DNA of 63,345 nucleotides, filler included, from Choristocarpus tenellus KU-1152 (Eukaryota > Protista > Phaeophyceae), in the NCBI GenBank assembly GCA_964200185.2. It is 10 parts of 10 records of this genome, joined end to end, with 100 filler letters (N's around TTAATTAATTAA, not from the genome) between each part and the next. Parts side by side here need not be neighbours in the genome. Positions count along the whole stretch, not along the records: positions 13,874 to 32,897 come from CAXNAD020000497.1; positions 32,998 to 36,900 come from CAXNAD020017235.1; positions 37,001 to 41,659 come from CAXNAD020013582.1; 7 more parts are not named here. One strand, given 5' to 3'. The position numbers and the translations under genes are program-made. Of this stretch, positions 24,319 to 37,040 are shown in pieces. Below the pieces are notes generated by a model. The model saw only the letters and a program-made list of their open reading frames with translations. It was not told the DNA's origin and searched no databases. The first letter of the stretch is position 1, and every line of letters starts with the position of its first letter.

Positions 24319-25900
24319 ATGGCTGCTCCAGCCACTAAGAGCACAGATGGAACATGGCCAATCCCTGTGCACGCCGCAGCCAGAAATGGTGAGTAACCAC
24401 TTTGTCAAACAGTGTATCATAGATTTGAACTATGCACGCATACCAGAGTAGAGCTTTCAATGGCCACGAAATGCCATAATCGCCTGGTCAAACCGTGATC
24501 TGACTTCAGGTGATGTGGCCTACATCGAGCTTTACCATGCCCAAGGCGGTAGGGTGGACGCCAAGGATGGAGAAGGGAGGACTCCTCTTCATCACGTGAG
24601 CAACATTTCTATTTATTTGATTCCGGCTGTTGTGAAAGCACGCGATAAATTATCCCTGGGAAGGAGCGTAAAACCCGGTTTTCGATAATAGAGGCGGCTT
24701 GAATCAATTTCTCAATGTTTACTGTAGCGGGTGGTGTGTTGTAGGACCCTATATATGTATGATTGTGCATGCTATATTGTATTAGCTCCATCCAGTGTCT
24801 TGGGGAAGCAGTCCTTGGCAAAGGTCGGATTAGAGAGAACTACTTAGTTGTTACTTTAATTCAAGTTGATCCACCACGATGCGGAACAATATCTAACTCA
24901 GCGAAGGTATAGAGAAAACCATATTGTGCAGCGTATATTGTATGCTTCCCAAATCACACCCCTTTCCTTGACTTTCGCAGGCTGCTGCGGCTGGTCAAGT
25001 AAATGCAATTATTTTCCTGTTGGAAGTCGGGGCAAACCCACTCGCTAAATGCAGGACTGGGGAAATGCCTTCTGATCTCGCTGCTCGGTAGGCAATCACA
25101 CATACAGCTGCCTGTTATGGGAATAATATGTTTGTCGACCATTGTGACCAGCCTCCCTCCTCAACTTTCCTTTACCACTGAGATACACTTTCGATATATA
25201 TATTTTCAACAAAATACCTCAGACGTGCGTTGCCAGTTATGGTCCGGGTCCCTGCCCCAGACGTACCAGATACGGAGTACTTTGGCTTAGTTGTTTTCTG
25301 CGTTGATTTGTAGTCCACATCCAACACATCCCCAAGAGTTGGGACCAATGTGTCCGGTATATGGTGCTGTTTGCTTGCATCATGAACCTTCTAGCTCTTG
25401 TCTGTGTAAGCCACCAAATACTATCTGGTGACTACTGTGGTGATTTGGACACATTGGTTCTACCTCCCAACGGAACTATCCTGCCCATGTTCGTCTCGTT
25501 CATGGACAGAAACTCCAACCATGAGGCCATGGCCCTTCTCCTCTGCCACAATCCAGCTGTCAAGATGGATGGCAGTTCTTCTGAATATGATGATCGACCT
25601 AAGAAAAGGAAAGGCATTCTCAAACTCCTGGACTTGAAGATTGGCGGTCTTAGCGAAAGAAAGCACAAGAAAGCACGAAAGAAAAGTCGGAAAGGTAAGG
25701 GTAAAGATAAGGGGAGAGATAAGGGTCATCATCAAGATAGTCCAGACAGAGAGGAGCGTGGATGGGGGATCGGAAAGTGGACTGGGGAAAGTGTAGGTTA
25801 TCAGCAGGAAGAGCTGAGGAAGGAAGACAGTTGCAGGAAGGACCCTAATGCTGACATAAATAATCTCTGTTGGAATGATGGGCAGAAACAATCGAGGTGA
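24319..25900 (+). CDS. Ankyrin-repeat protein with a Lys/Arg-rich (NLS-like) tail; paralog of the divergent ankyrin-WW gene
   Basis: Exons 24319-24388 (MAAPATKSTDGTWPIPVHAAARN), 24510-24595 (GDVAYIELYHAQGGRVDAKDGEGRTPLHH), 24981-25087 (AAAAGQVNAIIFLLEVGANPLAKCRTGEMPSDLAA) and 25510-25900 (RNSNHEAMALLLCHNP...PKKRK...RKHKKARKKSRK). It may splice onward from the GT at 25897. Confidence 0.85.
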
Positions 25901-26171
25901 GAGCAGAGTATCGACAAGGTTGAAAATATTTCTAGATGCAACAGCCAAAATTATGAAGAGCATGATGTGGCATGTACTAGAATAGACAAGCAAAAGCAGC
26001 ATTTTTTTTCCTTCTTGAGAACAAATATTAGATCTTCCTAACCAAATTAATACCTTAGTGATAGGCAAACTATTTTCATCTATATACCTGTATAGGATTA
26101 GGACGTTATATTTCAGGCGAATAGTACGAGCATTTCTTCTCACATTCTAACAAGTGTGAGCAGTATACACA

Positions 26172-26294
26172 TGTAAGGATTCTTACAAGAGGAACTCTGA
26201 TTTGCTAGAAGATGCAGAGTAAGATTTGTAATGCATGGGTAATCTTACAGAAGGAATACCGATTTGCTAGAAGTCGCAGAGTAAGATTTGTAAT
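26172..26294 (+). repeat. Two-copy ~62-bp tandem duplication
   Basis: tcttac...gatttgctagaag..gcagagtaagatttgtaat occurs twice in tandem. Confidence 0.8.
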
Positions 26295-27094
26295 TTGAGT
26301 ACGTATACAACAGCTTGCAGATCTCTTTCAACTTGCAGTCTGTAGAAATCAGGTGGATGGCACTAATTTATACTAATTTAGCTTTTGGGAGCAACCCAAC
26401 GCACCTCTTTTACTCTTTCTTTCTTGAATAGAACATTAAGTCAAGCATAAACCTAAGCACTGATTGAAGCATCGAGAGAACAGTGGCTGACACTGCAAGT
26501 GGCTATCAACTGTGCAAATACCCCAGTAGCGTCGTTCAAAGGTCGTTGGATTAGAGCTACACATCCTATGGAGGTAAGTTCTGGAGCGTGCTGTAACATG
26601 GAGGTCCTTCTGAGACTTCCACGTTGTAACAGTTACAGCATTACTGTGGTGATGATGTGGCCCAGAGGACTATAAAGCAACTTCAGAGCGATAAAATAGC
26701 CCTGCAGTGCTACACTTTGGCACCACAGAGTCCTACAAAGCTGAAGTACATGCTAGCAATATCGGGACAGATAAATTGTCATAGGCAAAACATACTTTGT
26801 CTCCGAGCATCAAATAGGCCAGTGGAACATAGAGTTGTATAACTTGTCGTTTTCTCAATAGGCGGGTTGCATCTTGGCCTAGTTGAAGAGAACATAACTT
26901 GGTACATAATTCGAACATACAGTATTGACACCAAAAGAATAGTCAATATGTATCAGCGAACCAATCAAGATGCATCCACGTAATACGATCCTTAGTCCCT
27001 CAACCCTAACCCTATATCCTCTTTTTCTTTCCGCCAGTACTCATCTTGGCATCTCATACAGCGAGCAGAGGTGAAGGACTGTGCAGTATACCAT

Positions 27095-27356
27095 GAGTCA
27101 AAGTATCTTAGAGGGTAGAGCCGCGTCCATTTGGGGGCCAAAATCCAATGTTCCGATTTTGACGTGATTTTGGCTATCATCTTTGTTAGGAAGTGTCAAT
27201 ATCCTTGTCCTGAACACACTTTTTCAAAACGTATACAAATTACCTACTCCTAAACATTTCGAAGTAGAAAAATGTCATAAAACATCTTTGGGAACCCAAG
27301 CCCCAAACGGACAAACAGGGCAAAATCCGTACCCTAACCCTAAGATACTTTCACTC
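27095..27356 (+). mobile_element. MITE family A, copy 6
   Basis: TIRs GAGTCAAAGTATCTTAGAGGGTA...TACCCTAACCCTAAGATACTTTCACTC; no TSD visible. Confidence 0.9.
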
Positions 27357-28877
27357 TGCCTTGTGGCAGGATGTGCCACGAAAGGGTAGCCCTCCCCTGG
27401 CACGGACAAAGAACCGAAATTTCTTCACTAAAAAAAAAAAAACCCGACTCATTGCATTCCCGGGTTCCGTTTACTCTCAGCTGATTCGCAACACAACACC
27501 AAGGCAAACAAAAGCAGTCACTACTGTTGTTCCCTTCATCCACTAGGGCCCGGTTTCGAAGGGCATCATCCCCCTGAAAAAAAAAAGGTTTAACCAGTTT
27601 GACGCGAATGCCTGATCTGTTCTTAATACCCAACCGCTCTCAAAGGGTGTGTGTGCTACACAGCAGGCGCTTTTTTGGTGCGACGTCGAACACCTTGAAT
27701 ACATGCAGCAATCAATCAACAGCTGGCGGCGGCGCCAGCGACAGTAGAGGTGTTAAAACCGACCAATATGTTTGTGCAGTGCCGATTCCGCAGAGGGGAA
27801 TCTAAATAATGGCAGAGGTGTACTTCACCCACTAGTAGAGCGCTTCACGGGACAATCGAATCACCCTCACCTCAGAACTATCTGCTTCATTTATTGCAGG
27901 GAGGAATAAAAAAATAATGTTAAGCCGTTTGAGGATTTTCAACAGCCTCCTTTCACTGTCCATGTTAATTCTTCACTATTCGGGATACTGAGACAATTGT
28001 CAGAGCAATTTACAAGACCCTGTAAGTTTATGAACAATACATACATACATCTATGTAAGAGAAGTCAATGCACAACATATCATTAATGAGCATACTAATA
28101 GGAGTTCCATAAGCTGCAATATTTCCTTGCCCTTCAGCAGGACTCATAAGGACTGCGTGTTCGAAAGTTGACCACTATGAATCACTACCTATACTGCACA
28201 TGCGTAATGATAGTGTAATTGATACAGTACAAGAGAATGTTACACACAGATAATCAGGTGTCTCTCCCCTCTCTCCCTACAATGGTTTAATTGTGAAACC
28301 ACTGAATTCCATCCATCAACATTACTCTAATATTGTGTCCCAGACTGGGGAGGCGAGGTACTCCTCCAATCTATATTTCAAATAGTGAATAGTAGTGGTA
28401 GAATAGTAGCGGTGATAATGATGCCTGGATAAAGAACAACAATGTACAGTACCTGTATGATAGTGGAACAGTAAAGAGCCATACCAACTTAGAGGTAAGC
28501 ACACCTTGGGATTTCTACACCTATTTTCCATTTTCTCGCCATCATGCAACACACACAGCCTGTTTCTACTTTTTGCAAGCACAATAATAGCCCCCCCCAA
28601 AAGCGGAGGTATCACTGCAGGAAAAGGGGCTGACAAAATAAATAACCGTCATCGAGCAAAGGAACCTTTCGTAGCGTACAAAAAGACGCATTTTCTTATT
28701 ATTTCTGGGGGTTCACATATATTTTAACTATAGGTGTGTATACCTCCTTCGTTAGTATAACTCAAATTCACCCTATTCTAGTTCGTCAAAGATTGACTTC
28801 GTCAGGAACTCATGGTCATAAACTTTGCAACTACAAGTCGGATTGACAGAACCAGTAGCTAGATATATTCCACAAAC

Positions 28878-30346
28878 CTCAGTGTTTGAAAGCTTATGAT
28901 ATCTCCCGGCTTCTTAGTGCAGAGGTAAAGCTCTTCCTCCAGCTTTGTACCAGGCCGGGGGATAACTGTGCTCAAGGCCAGCTCCCCATCAGCCAGTACG
29001 AAGATGGCCTGTGTCCCCTTGTGGGCAGTGAATGCTTTCCCTTCCTTAACCTGAAACAGACGGAATGACCTTGGAAGTGAGTGGGGGGATAGTCTCCAAG
29101 GGTACAGATTGAGGGTCACTCACACTGGTAGGTTAATTAGTATGCTATAATAGTAGACCAGCAATTTTGACCGTAAAGGCATACATGGCACCCAACAAGT
29201 GGGGTTTTGAAGCCTTACACACTTCAAGAGTAGCTTAAGGCATTTAGTACAAATCTTAGCCGTGAACAAATGTAATTTGACATACAAATGCAATTGCTAC
29301 TATGGAGTACTCCAGTAAGTAGGCTGTACTTTTTGAAGTGGTTGCAGCCAGGATCAAAAACAATTGCCAACCATAATGCGTCATTGTACCGTGGTTAGTA
29401 AAAGGAGACCGTCAAAATTTGGTGTTGTTACTTGCGGAGCCTAAGATCACCGTCTATGGAGCACCGTCAAGGTCCTTGATATCTGTCGTTCGTAGTACAG
29501 GGATATAGACTACTATGAACACAATATAACAACAGCAGTAGTACAGTGTTGCTCCAGAAGATCTCTTGCAAACAAGCCTCGAGAAAGCTGACAGGAGACC
29601 CTGCAGAGAGAGATCTCAACGGAGATTTATACTCTCAGTACTCTGCCCTGCATTATCTCGAGGATGCAATGGAGATTTTCGTTCGTACGTGTCAAGATTT
29701 GAGCAAACAAAGTTCTCGCGTACCTACCTCCAGGGCAAGCGACTCCTACCACCTACGACATTTGTGGGTACATCATTTGCCGCACACCTTGTTAGGCTAC
29801 CTAGGCTGCACGAGTCCTTCGACCAAACAACGTACGTATTACTAGCTGAGGAAAGAGAGACATTCTCCAGTAGCCAAAATAGGTGTTGGTGGTCGGTGTC
29901 CTAAAACGTCTAGGAAATAACTTCAAAGATGTAGTGAGGAACTTCCATGTTGTAGATCCTCTCTAGTTATCGTCGTGGTTACAAATTATCATTATAATTG
30001 TTCTCTTTGGAACCATGCTACACCGCACTCTCACTAAGAGATCTCCGACCAATAGTTTCTTAGCACTTACTGTTAATCAAGGGTACAAATAAATATGTGG
30101 GAGGACAGACCGAGCGCCTCCATAATACTCAAAACATTGCAAGGAGAGCATCGTTTCCATTAAACTGAAATGTTCTCAAAAAAATGTTAGTCTCTTTCTT
30201 CTCACCATCTCTGATGTAAAGCATTTGGCAAAGTCCTTGACTTGCTCATTGTTCATATACATGAAGAAGGGACTGTGCCTCAAGACGATCTCCTTTTCTT
30301 TTGGGAGGAGATTACGTCCGCCAATCCGCGACAGCCCACCTCCCAT
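28878..30346 (-). CDS. Cyclic-nucleotide-binding (cNMP/CAP_ED-like) domain protein, 5' exons; 3' part unresolved
   Basis: Exons 30346-30206 (MGGGLSR...VLRHSPFFMYMNNEQVKDFAKCFTSEM) and 29050-28878 (VKEGKAF...AIFVLADGELAL...LYLCTKKPGDIISFQTL) follow the cNMP-domain pattern; MGxxxS N-myristoylation motif. Confidence 0.7.
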
Positions 30347-31109
30347 CCGCCACCCCACCACCCGGTCACCACACAGCAATTATTGGCGCGTCGTGTTGGC
30401 ATGAAAGGGACCCTTCCACTCACTACTACTAGTGCTGCTACAGTACACCGTCACACTGACTATGACTGGAAAAAAACTTCCGAACAAAGGCCTTCCTTAA
30501 CTCAAAAGACAACAAATTTTCATACGATTGAAGGTTTCATGAAGAGTTTAATCCTCGACTTCACACACTCTTCTCACACACATTGAGTGAATGAACAATC
30601 TGTACATAAAAAGGTGTTTATTTTAAATATTAATATTTAAAACCGATATTTGTGTAGGAATTGTGGAAGGTCTATCAATATACTATTATATACTTTTCCT
30701 CTATAGTTCTTTTGTGGTTTCTATATACACAATTTCTGAATTTAGTTCTGATATTATAGTGTTGGTAGACTAATCTCTCATATCTTATATATTATCTACA
30801 AAAAATATAAAAGCAAGAAGAATATCCCACAAATAAAGTGTCGATTTACAATTGAAACAGACTTTGGGACAGATAGAGGTGGTCGATATGGAAGTGGGTA
30901 CGTCATCTGCGAAGAGATCGCAAAACGCGATCACAAGAAAAATCAAGACACTAAAAAAGTGTCCATTCGTCGATTTAGTGTCAATGTTTGAAACACCCTT
31001 TCACTTGGTACTACGTAAACCTGGAAGAAAAACAACTCACTCTCCTTTGCATCCATTCACCCTTCTGATCACAAACGTTTCTAGAGCACACTCAGCTAGG
31101 TTCTCTATC

Positions 31110-32558
31110 ATGGCGACAATAGTGGTTCAGAACCGTGTATACAAACACGAGACCAAGCCTCAACCGACCAAGAATGCGGCAACCAAGATCGTCGAGGCGT
31201 TCGGGCTCGGCAAATGCCCGAAGTTGGTCGAACAGGTGCAGTAGTAAGTTTGTATGGTTGTTATGGGCAATGCCCCTAGTTGTGAAGAGTGTATTGTCCT
31301 ATATGAGATCGTATCTGACGAATAGACGTAAAGATCAATGTGCTCATCGTGAAACGTGAAAGATATTCGTTTGAGGTCCTTGGGTGTTGTTTATGAAGCG
31401 TTGTGAGAAACTAAGATGGATTTTCAGGAGGGTATTGAGTTGTATACTAATTTATCGTGGAGACAGAACGGCGACCTAAGAAAGACTGTAAAGAGTTCTA
31501 GCGAAAACAGTTGACTCTGACAGAATTACTACAGTATTTTTTTAGAGGAGAACGAGAAGAAGAGTGGTGGGTGATGTGGTTATCAGAACGGCTGTTGCTC
31601 CTCCAATTACTTTCGTAGAGTGACTGCAAAACGTAGTGTAAGGCAAGAGACTAGACTTTGAGTAACGTCCTCGCATTTGATCATATTTTGGCTTTATTAA
31701 GGATGGGGAGTCAAGAGTGAACTGTGGAGGTCTGGATTGAGCTGGGTGGTATATGAATTCGTTCGGGTTGATTGATGGAGAAATAGGCGTGGGAGTACTT
31801 CAAGGGTCGCTATTTTAATTACGATGGACTCAAATGTGATGAGGGTGAGGCACTAGCATCGGAGTTCTAATGGATACACGATTCTGCAATTGGATTAACC
31901 CTCAAAGCTTCACATCATAGTTTGTATTATCTTCTACATTGAATCCCTTCTGCGACGTCTTTTGTTCAGTCACTTAGCCTCTTGTGACAAACACGATCAC
32001 CGACACTCAAGCGTACTGTGAGAGTACCTTTCATTGCTGTCTGAAGTTGTGATGTGGGGATCATACCTTGATTGATATTAAGTAGTAGCTTGAGGAGGTA
32101 AGATGAGTTGTAAGGGGGATACACCTAATTGGTTTAATCCGACAAATGTATAATTTATTTGTGTGAATCTTGCTGTTCGTACGATACACCCTCTGCAAAC
32201 TCGATTTTCCTATTCCAAGTACAAATATTTTTGGTACTTTTACTCCTGACAATGAACCCAAACACCTGTCTGTAAAGTTACAGCTTTAATCCTTACTTTT
32301 GGCAGCATACAACCTATTTCGAAGACATGCAGTTCTGCACCGAATTTGGATGCACGTCATGCTCCAGATGGGACCTAAGTGCAATAGCTCAGTCCCCCCA
32401 AAACAAGAGACAGCAAAAAATGACATGTAACCTTTTCGCTCGCCTCCAAAGGTGAAGAGTGAGCACTTGGATGTCCGAGTACGGGCACTTGAGGTCCTTT
32501 GTAAGGAATTCAGCAACCCAGCAATCATAGCTGGAACTGTCAAGGCAGGAATAATGAG
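31110..32558 (+). CDS. RSPH14: Radial spoke head protein 14 homolog (RTDR1, ARM repeats), first two exons
   Basis: Exons 31110-31235 and 32452-32558 give ...NAATKIVEAFGLGKCPKLVEQ-VKSEHLDVRVRALEVLCKEFSNPAIIAGTVKAGIM. This parallels the RSPH14 N-terminus as I recall it ([43 protein letters not shown]). Truncated by the contig end. Confidence 0.8.
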
Positions 32559-32878
32559 GTGAGGTCTTTTGGTTGTCAGAGTTGCTAATATCAAGTTTAA
32601 CGTGTGGATGGATTGAAATGCTCCTGTCTAGTTGCTATATGTTGATTGGGTAAAGCGACACTTCCCCACCAAAGCCCAGAATGTCACATCAGTCAGAACA
32701 ACTGAGAGGTAGGCAGAGTTGTATTTTAAGGATCCCAAGAGAGAGCAAAAAGAAATAGACTTTGCTTGATTGTGGCGTCACCTTGTGCGTATAATGGGCC
32801 CATATTTTCCTAGAGGGGGGCTCAGGTGTTAATTCAGGGCCTTTACTGACCCTGTAGGGATTTATGTCATCTGAGTGA

Positions 32879-32897
32879 GACCCAAAGTATCTGGGGG
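32879..32897 (+). mobile_element. MITE family B, left terminus at contig end
   Basis: GACCCAAAGTATCTGGGGG is the left TIR of family B. Confidence 0.7.
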
Positions 32898-32997
32898 NNN
32901 NNNNNNNNNNNNNNNNNNNNNNNNNNNNNNNNNNNNNNNNNTTAATTAATTAANNNNNNNNNNNNNNNNNNNNNNNNNNNNNNNNNNNNNNNNNNNN
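32898..32997. other. Artificial contig-joining linker
   Basis: Same cassette. Confidence 0.98.
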
Positions 32998-33290
32998 GTA
33001 TACTGCTCGCGCTGGTTAAAGCGCGGGAAGAAATACTCGCACTATTCGCCTGTAACACTTCCTCCTTAAGACTGACAGGAATGTTGGCTCTCATTCCAGG
33101 TAGCGTGTAGTCACAGTGCCCTCATACATAAGTGCTTCGCCCGCCCCCAGACCATATCTATCGGGTTCAATTCACAGTGGTACTTTGGAAGCATCGAGCA
33201 GTGTCCTCCAAGACACTCAACCAGAATAATTTCCTGTGAGTGGCTTAAACAATATCAAGCCGAGGTTAGCCCACGTACCGTTTTGGCGGT

Positions 33291-33605
33291 GACCAATCTT
33301 GATTTTTTCGTAAGAGTTGCCCAACGAGTTAATCGACGATCAGCATATCAAATGAAACCTCTGGATCTAAGCTATCACTGGTGGAAAAGAATATTTTCGG
33401 AAAAATATGTTTGGTCAATACAATTCATTCCAGAGCATTTCCAAGGTCGTGTCGAAAACATTCGTTAGAATTAAACCTTACCAAATACATTTCCGAAAAT
33501 ATTCCTTTGCACTAGTGATAGCTTAGATCCAGAGAGGTTTCATTTGATACGTTCCTTATTGATCAACTCGTTGGGCAACCCTTTAAAAAGAAATCAAGAT
33601 TGGTC
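33291..33605. mobile_element. Foldback (long inverted-repeat) element, arms ~125 bp
   Basis: gaccaatcttgattt...gttgcccaacgagtt...tatcaaatgaaacctctggatctaagctatcact...aatattttcggaaa is mirrored by tttccgaaaatatt...agtgatagcttagatccagag...gtttcatttgata...aactcgttgggcaac...aaatcaagattggtc. Confidence 0.88.
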
Positions 33606-33744
33606 TCATCCTAGAGGCGACTGCTGACACAATAAGACCCTTGTCCCACCAATCTTGTCTACCTTGGTACAGTCTTAATACTTGATGTCTTCCCTCACAT
33701 TCTCGTAAGCGTAAAAGGAGGACGTTCGAATATCACTAGTTACG

Positions 33745-36034
33745 ATGGAATGTCTTAAGGGAAATCCCTCCGAGGGAGATCCTCTATTGCCTCACATGGA
33801 CAGGAACCCTACCTCCTCCAGGTCATACAGAGGTTCTTTATCCTTGTCCACCTCAGCTACTAAGGTTGCTATGGCAGTAACTACGTTGGTGGCGTGGGTC
33901 ACGGTATGGACTCTGCAGAGGTCCTCATATGTGGGCACCGACCTTACCGCAGTCGGAACAACGAACTCGCTTATGAGAGGCTCTATTAGTGTTTCTGTGG
34001 AAGGGGGAAATCAGGAAAGATTGGATTCGGGATATTTTCCAAGAGGAGGGACAGATGTACTCAGCGGTGCTCACCTCCATGGCTTAAGACGAAGTGATCA
34101 TTTAGATGGGGGGAAGCCAAACATAATCCTGATCTTAGTGGACGACCTTGGATGGAATGACATGGGTTACACGAGCTCGGACCTATCCCAACTAACACCC
34201 AACCTTGATGCTATGGCGGGCAGAGGTGTGAAGCTGGACAATTACTACACCAACTCGATATGCACGCCCTCAAGGGTAAGAGCCTTGCAATTGTTGATGT
34301 TAACCGAATCTCGCGCCCTCTCGTTGTAAAGGGCACCACCACAACAACTACACCAATTCGATATGCACGCGCTGTAAGAACCTGCGAAAATGTCAACATG
34401 AATCGAACGTCGCGGGCTCTCGTTTTTCATCGCTGTCACTGGGTATGTATTGCTGCAGGCACTCTCATCTCCTTCCCCCCTCTCCTGTCTCTCAAGGCGT
34501 CGTTGATGACAGGTAGACACACGTTTCGTTATGGCATGCAGGAGAGCGTCATCATGAAGGCCGCACCTTGGGGACTCCCCTTGTCGGAGATAACTCTAGC
34601 TGATCGATTTGGAGATGCCGGCTACGACACCCACATGGTGCGGGCTGGCAATTTTTTAGTTTTCCAATTTCATCTGGATGTTGAGGGGCATGTTTGAAAG
34701 CCTTCGGTCTGCCTAATTCACAGCAGTGTGATAACCAATGCGACTGCATAGGGGTTTTCATGGTGCCTTTCGCCTCAAGTTCATATCCACCATTGTTTTC
34801 ATCCGCAAAAATACACCCTACGCTCACACATGCCGTTCCTTTACTCCGGAGTACATGCTGACTGCACTGTCTTAGCTGGATTCATGCATCAACAACTAGT
34901 CCAGTGCAAACGTTCTCCATATTGTCCACATTGTGTGTGGTTAGATACCTCTGATATTTTCCCCATCTTGCATTCTCACCGTGTATGCTACGCTGTATGG
35001 TGATGATAGTCCAACTCCATTGAGATTTGTTCGCAATATTGTGGTGGTGGTGTTCTGTGAATGCAGTGTGTCCCATGTTGAAGTGCAATTTAAGCCTCGT
35101 TAAACCAAGAGGTCGAGTGTCCACATATGTGTGCAGAGCTTTATCCACCGCACAGAGCATATGTGGAAAAGGACAACAAAACTATCTAGAACTCATGAAC
35201 TATTGAGCTTTCATTCGATGTGTCATTCTGTGGTGGTTACCAGGAATGAGGGCTTGCAACATACCCCCAATGGGATTATATTGGTTGAAAATCGTAAACA
35301 ACTAGACTGCAGATGAGGGAGTAGAAAACTTTCTTCTAACATCTCACTCTTGAGTATTTTGAGGTACATTATGATGAATTTTTGGTCAACAGCAGTTGTA
35401 CATTCAACAATATTCATATATAGTCAAAACAGGTCACGATTTTGAACTGTTGGGTTCTTGGTATGGGTAGACTAGTCATGAGGGGGCATGGAGTGTCAAA
35501 ATATTATTAATGTTTCAATATGTGATATACATGCGCACGCACTACTACCTTTCCATATGACATGCTGCATGAATGTACTCAATCAAGCCGGTTTGGAAAG
35601 CTCAGACTGTAAGAAGATTTGGTGTCGTGTGTGATCAAGTTGCTAGACATCGCCTTCTGGAAGTATTCTGCTAAATGCTGTGACTCTCCTGTCCTTTCCT
35701 AAAAGTAGAGCGTTCATGCTGGGCCCTTTTCTCTTCCTAGCATACGCAACTTTTTGGATTCCTTGAATGGTGCTTCTCCCACATCACTCTACCTGTTTCT
35801 GCTCTCGCCATGCCAAGTCCAATCCCACCTCCCCACGCCTTTCCCTCCCAAATCCTGCTTCCTGCCCCTGAGTGCTTTTGTCTCCCTCATCCTTTTGTTC
35901 TGCTGATTTGTGACATCTCAGGTTGGTAAGTGGCACTTGGGGTTCTTTGATGAACAATACCACCCGGCGAGACGTGGCTTTGATTCCTTCCTTGGTTTAG
36001 TTGGAGGTGGCGGTAGCTACACCACTCATGAAAA
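33745..36034 (+). CDS. Arylsulfatase B-like formylglycine-dependent sulfatase (family S1), N-terminal exons, with an N-terminal TM segment
   Basis: Exons 33745-34275, 34497-34637 and 35922-36034 carry KPNIILILVDDLGWND, CTPSR-ASLMTGR (CxPxR signature), GYDTHM-VGKWHLG and PARRGFDSFLG; hydrophobic VAMAVTTLVAWVTVWTL near the N-terminus. Truncated by the contig end. Confidence 0.95.
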
Positions 36035-36900
36035 GTGAGTGGCTGGAAGATATGATCTGTTTCATTTCAAGTTTTGCAAGTATTACTATTATTATTATTG
36101 ATATTAATAATATTTTATTTGCGTAATTTCAAGTCTTACCACTGTTCTCCTTCTTATTGTTATTGATACTAATAGTATATGATTTGTGTAATTTCAAGTT
36201 TTGCCACTATTCCTATCATTATCATCATTACTATTATAAATATTACTTCCGTTTGTTGCTATTGATAAGCCAAAATAACTTGAGGGGGGTGGCCAGGACC
36301 TACACCATACAAGAAAAGCGGTTGGCAGTAGATTTGTTCTATCTACATTATAGGAAAAGAAATGAAAAAGACTGCAAAAAAAAATCAACTTAAAAAAAAA
36401 ACACTGATACGTATTATTGTTGATGTTGATAATGATGAGCCGGAGTATCCTAGAAGGGTATGCTGTTGGTCATAAGGGGCCCTCTACTTGTGACTGTGTT
36501 TTGAATTTGATACTATTTGCGGATTGTGTATTTGGGAAATGGAAGTTTACTTGATCTGGACACGCCTTCTGCATCTATAGAATCCTGATGGGTGTTATGT
36601 TACCTTCTTTTGGACCATGTAGATGGGGGGTCTGGCACAAAATTTTATAAGCCCCCTTATGATCAAAATGGCGGAAACCCAACCTGGTCTAGGGTGCTTT
36701 GGTTCTTTTTTTTTAAATGCATCTACAATTTTTTAGTGAGATATTTCATTCGAAATTCGACTGAGATGTTCACACAACACACAACACACACACACTGGAG
36801 ATATATATATATATATGCATTGTCTCCATTTTTGAGCCAAGTGACCTTTGCAGTAGAGAGTATATTCTTTATGTGTGATATGATGTAGTCTTATTGGGGG

Positions 36901-37000
36901 NNNNNNNNNNNNNNNNNNNNNNNNNNNNNNNNNNNNNNNNNNNNTTAATTAATTAANNNNNNNNNNNNNNNNNNNNNNNNNNNNNNNNNNNNNNNNNNNN
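36901..37000. other. Artificial contig-joining linker
   Basis: Same cassette. Confidence 0.98.
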
Positions 37001-37040
37001 CCCCTCACAAACCACCCCCCCCCCCAAGATACTTTGACCC
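37001..37040 (+). mobile_element. MITE family B-like terminus at contig start
   Basis: ...cccccaagatactttgaccc resembles the family TIR. Confidence 0.55.
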
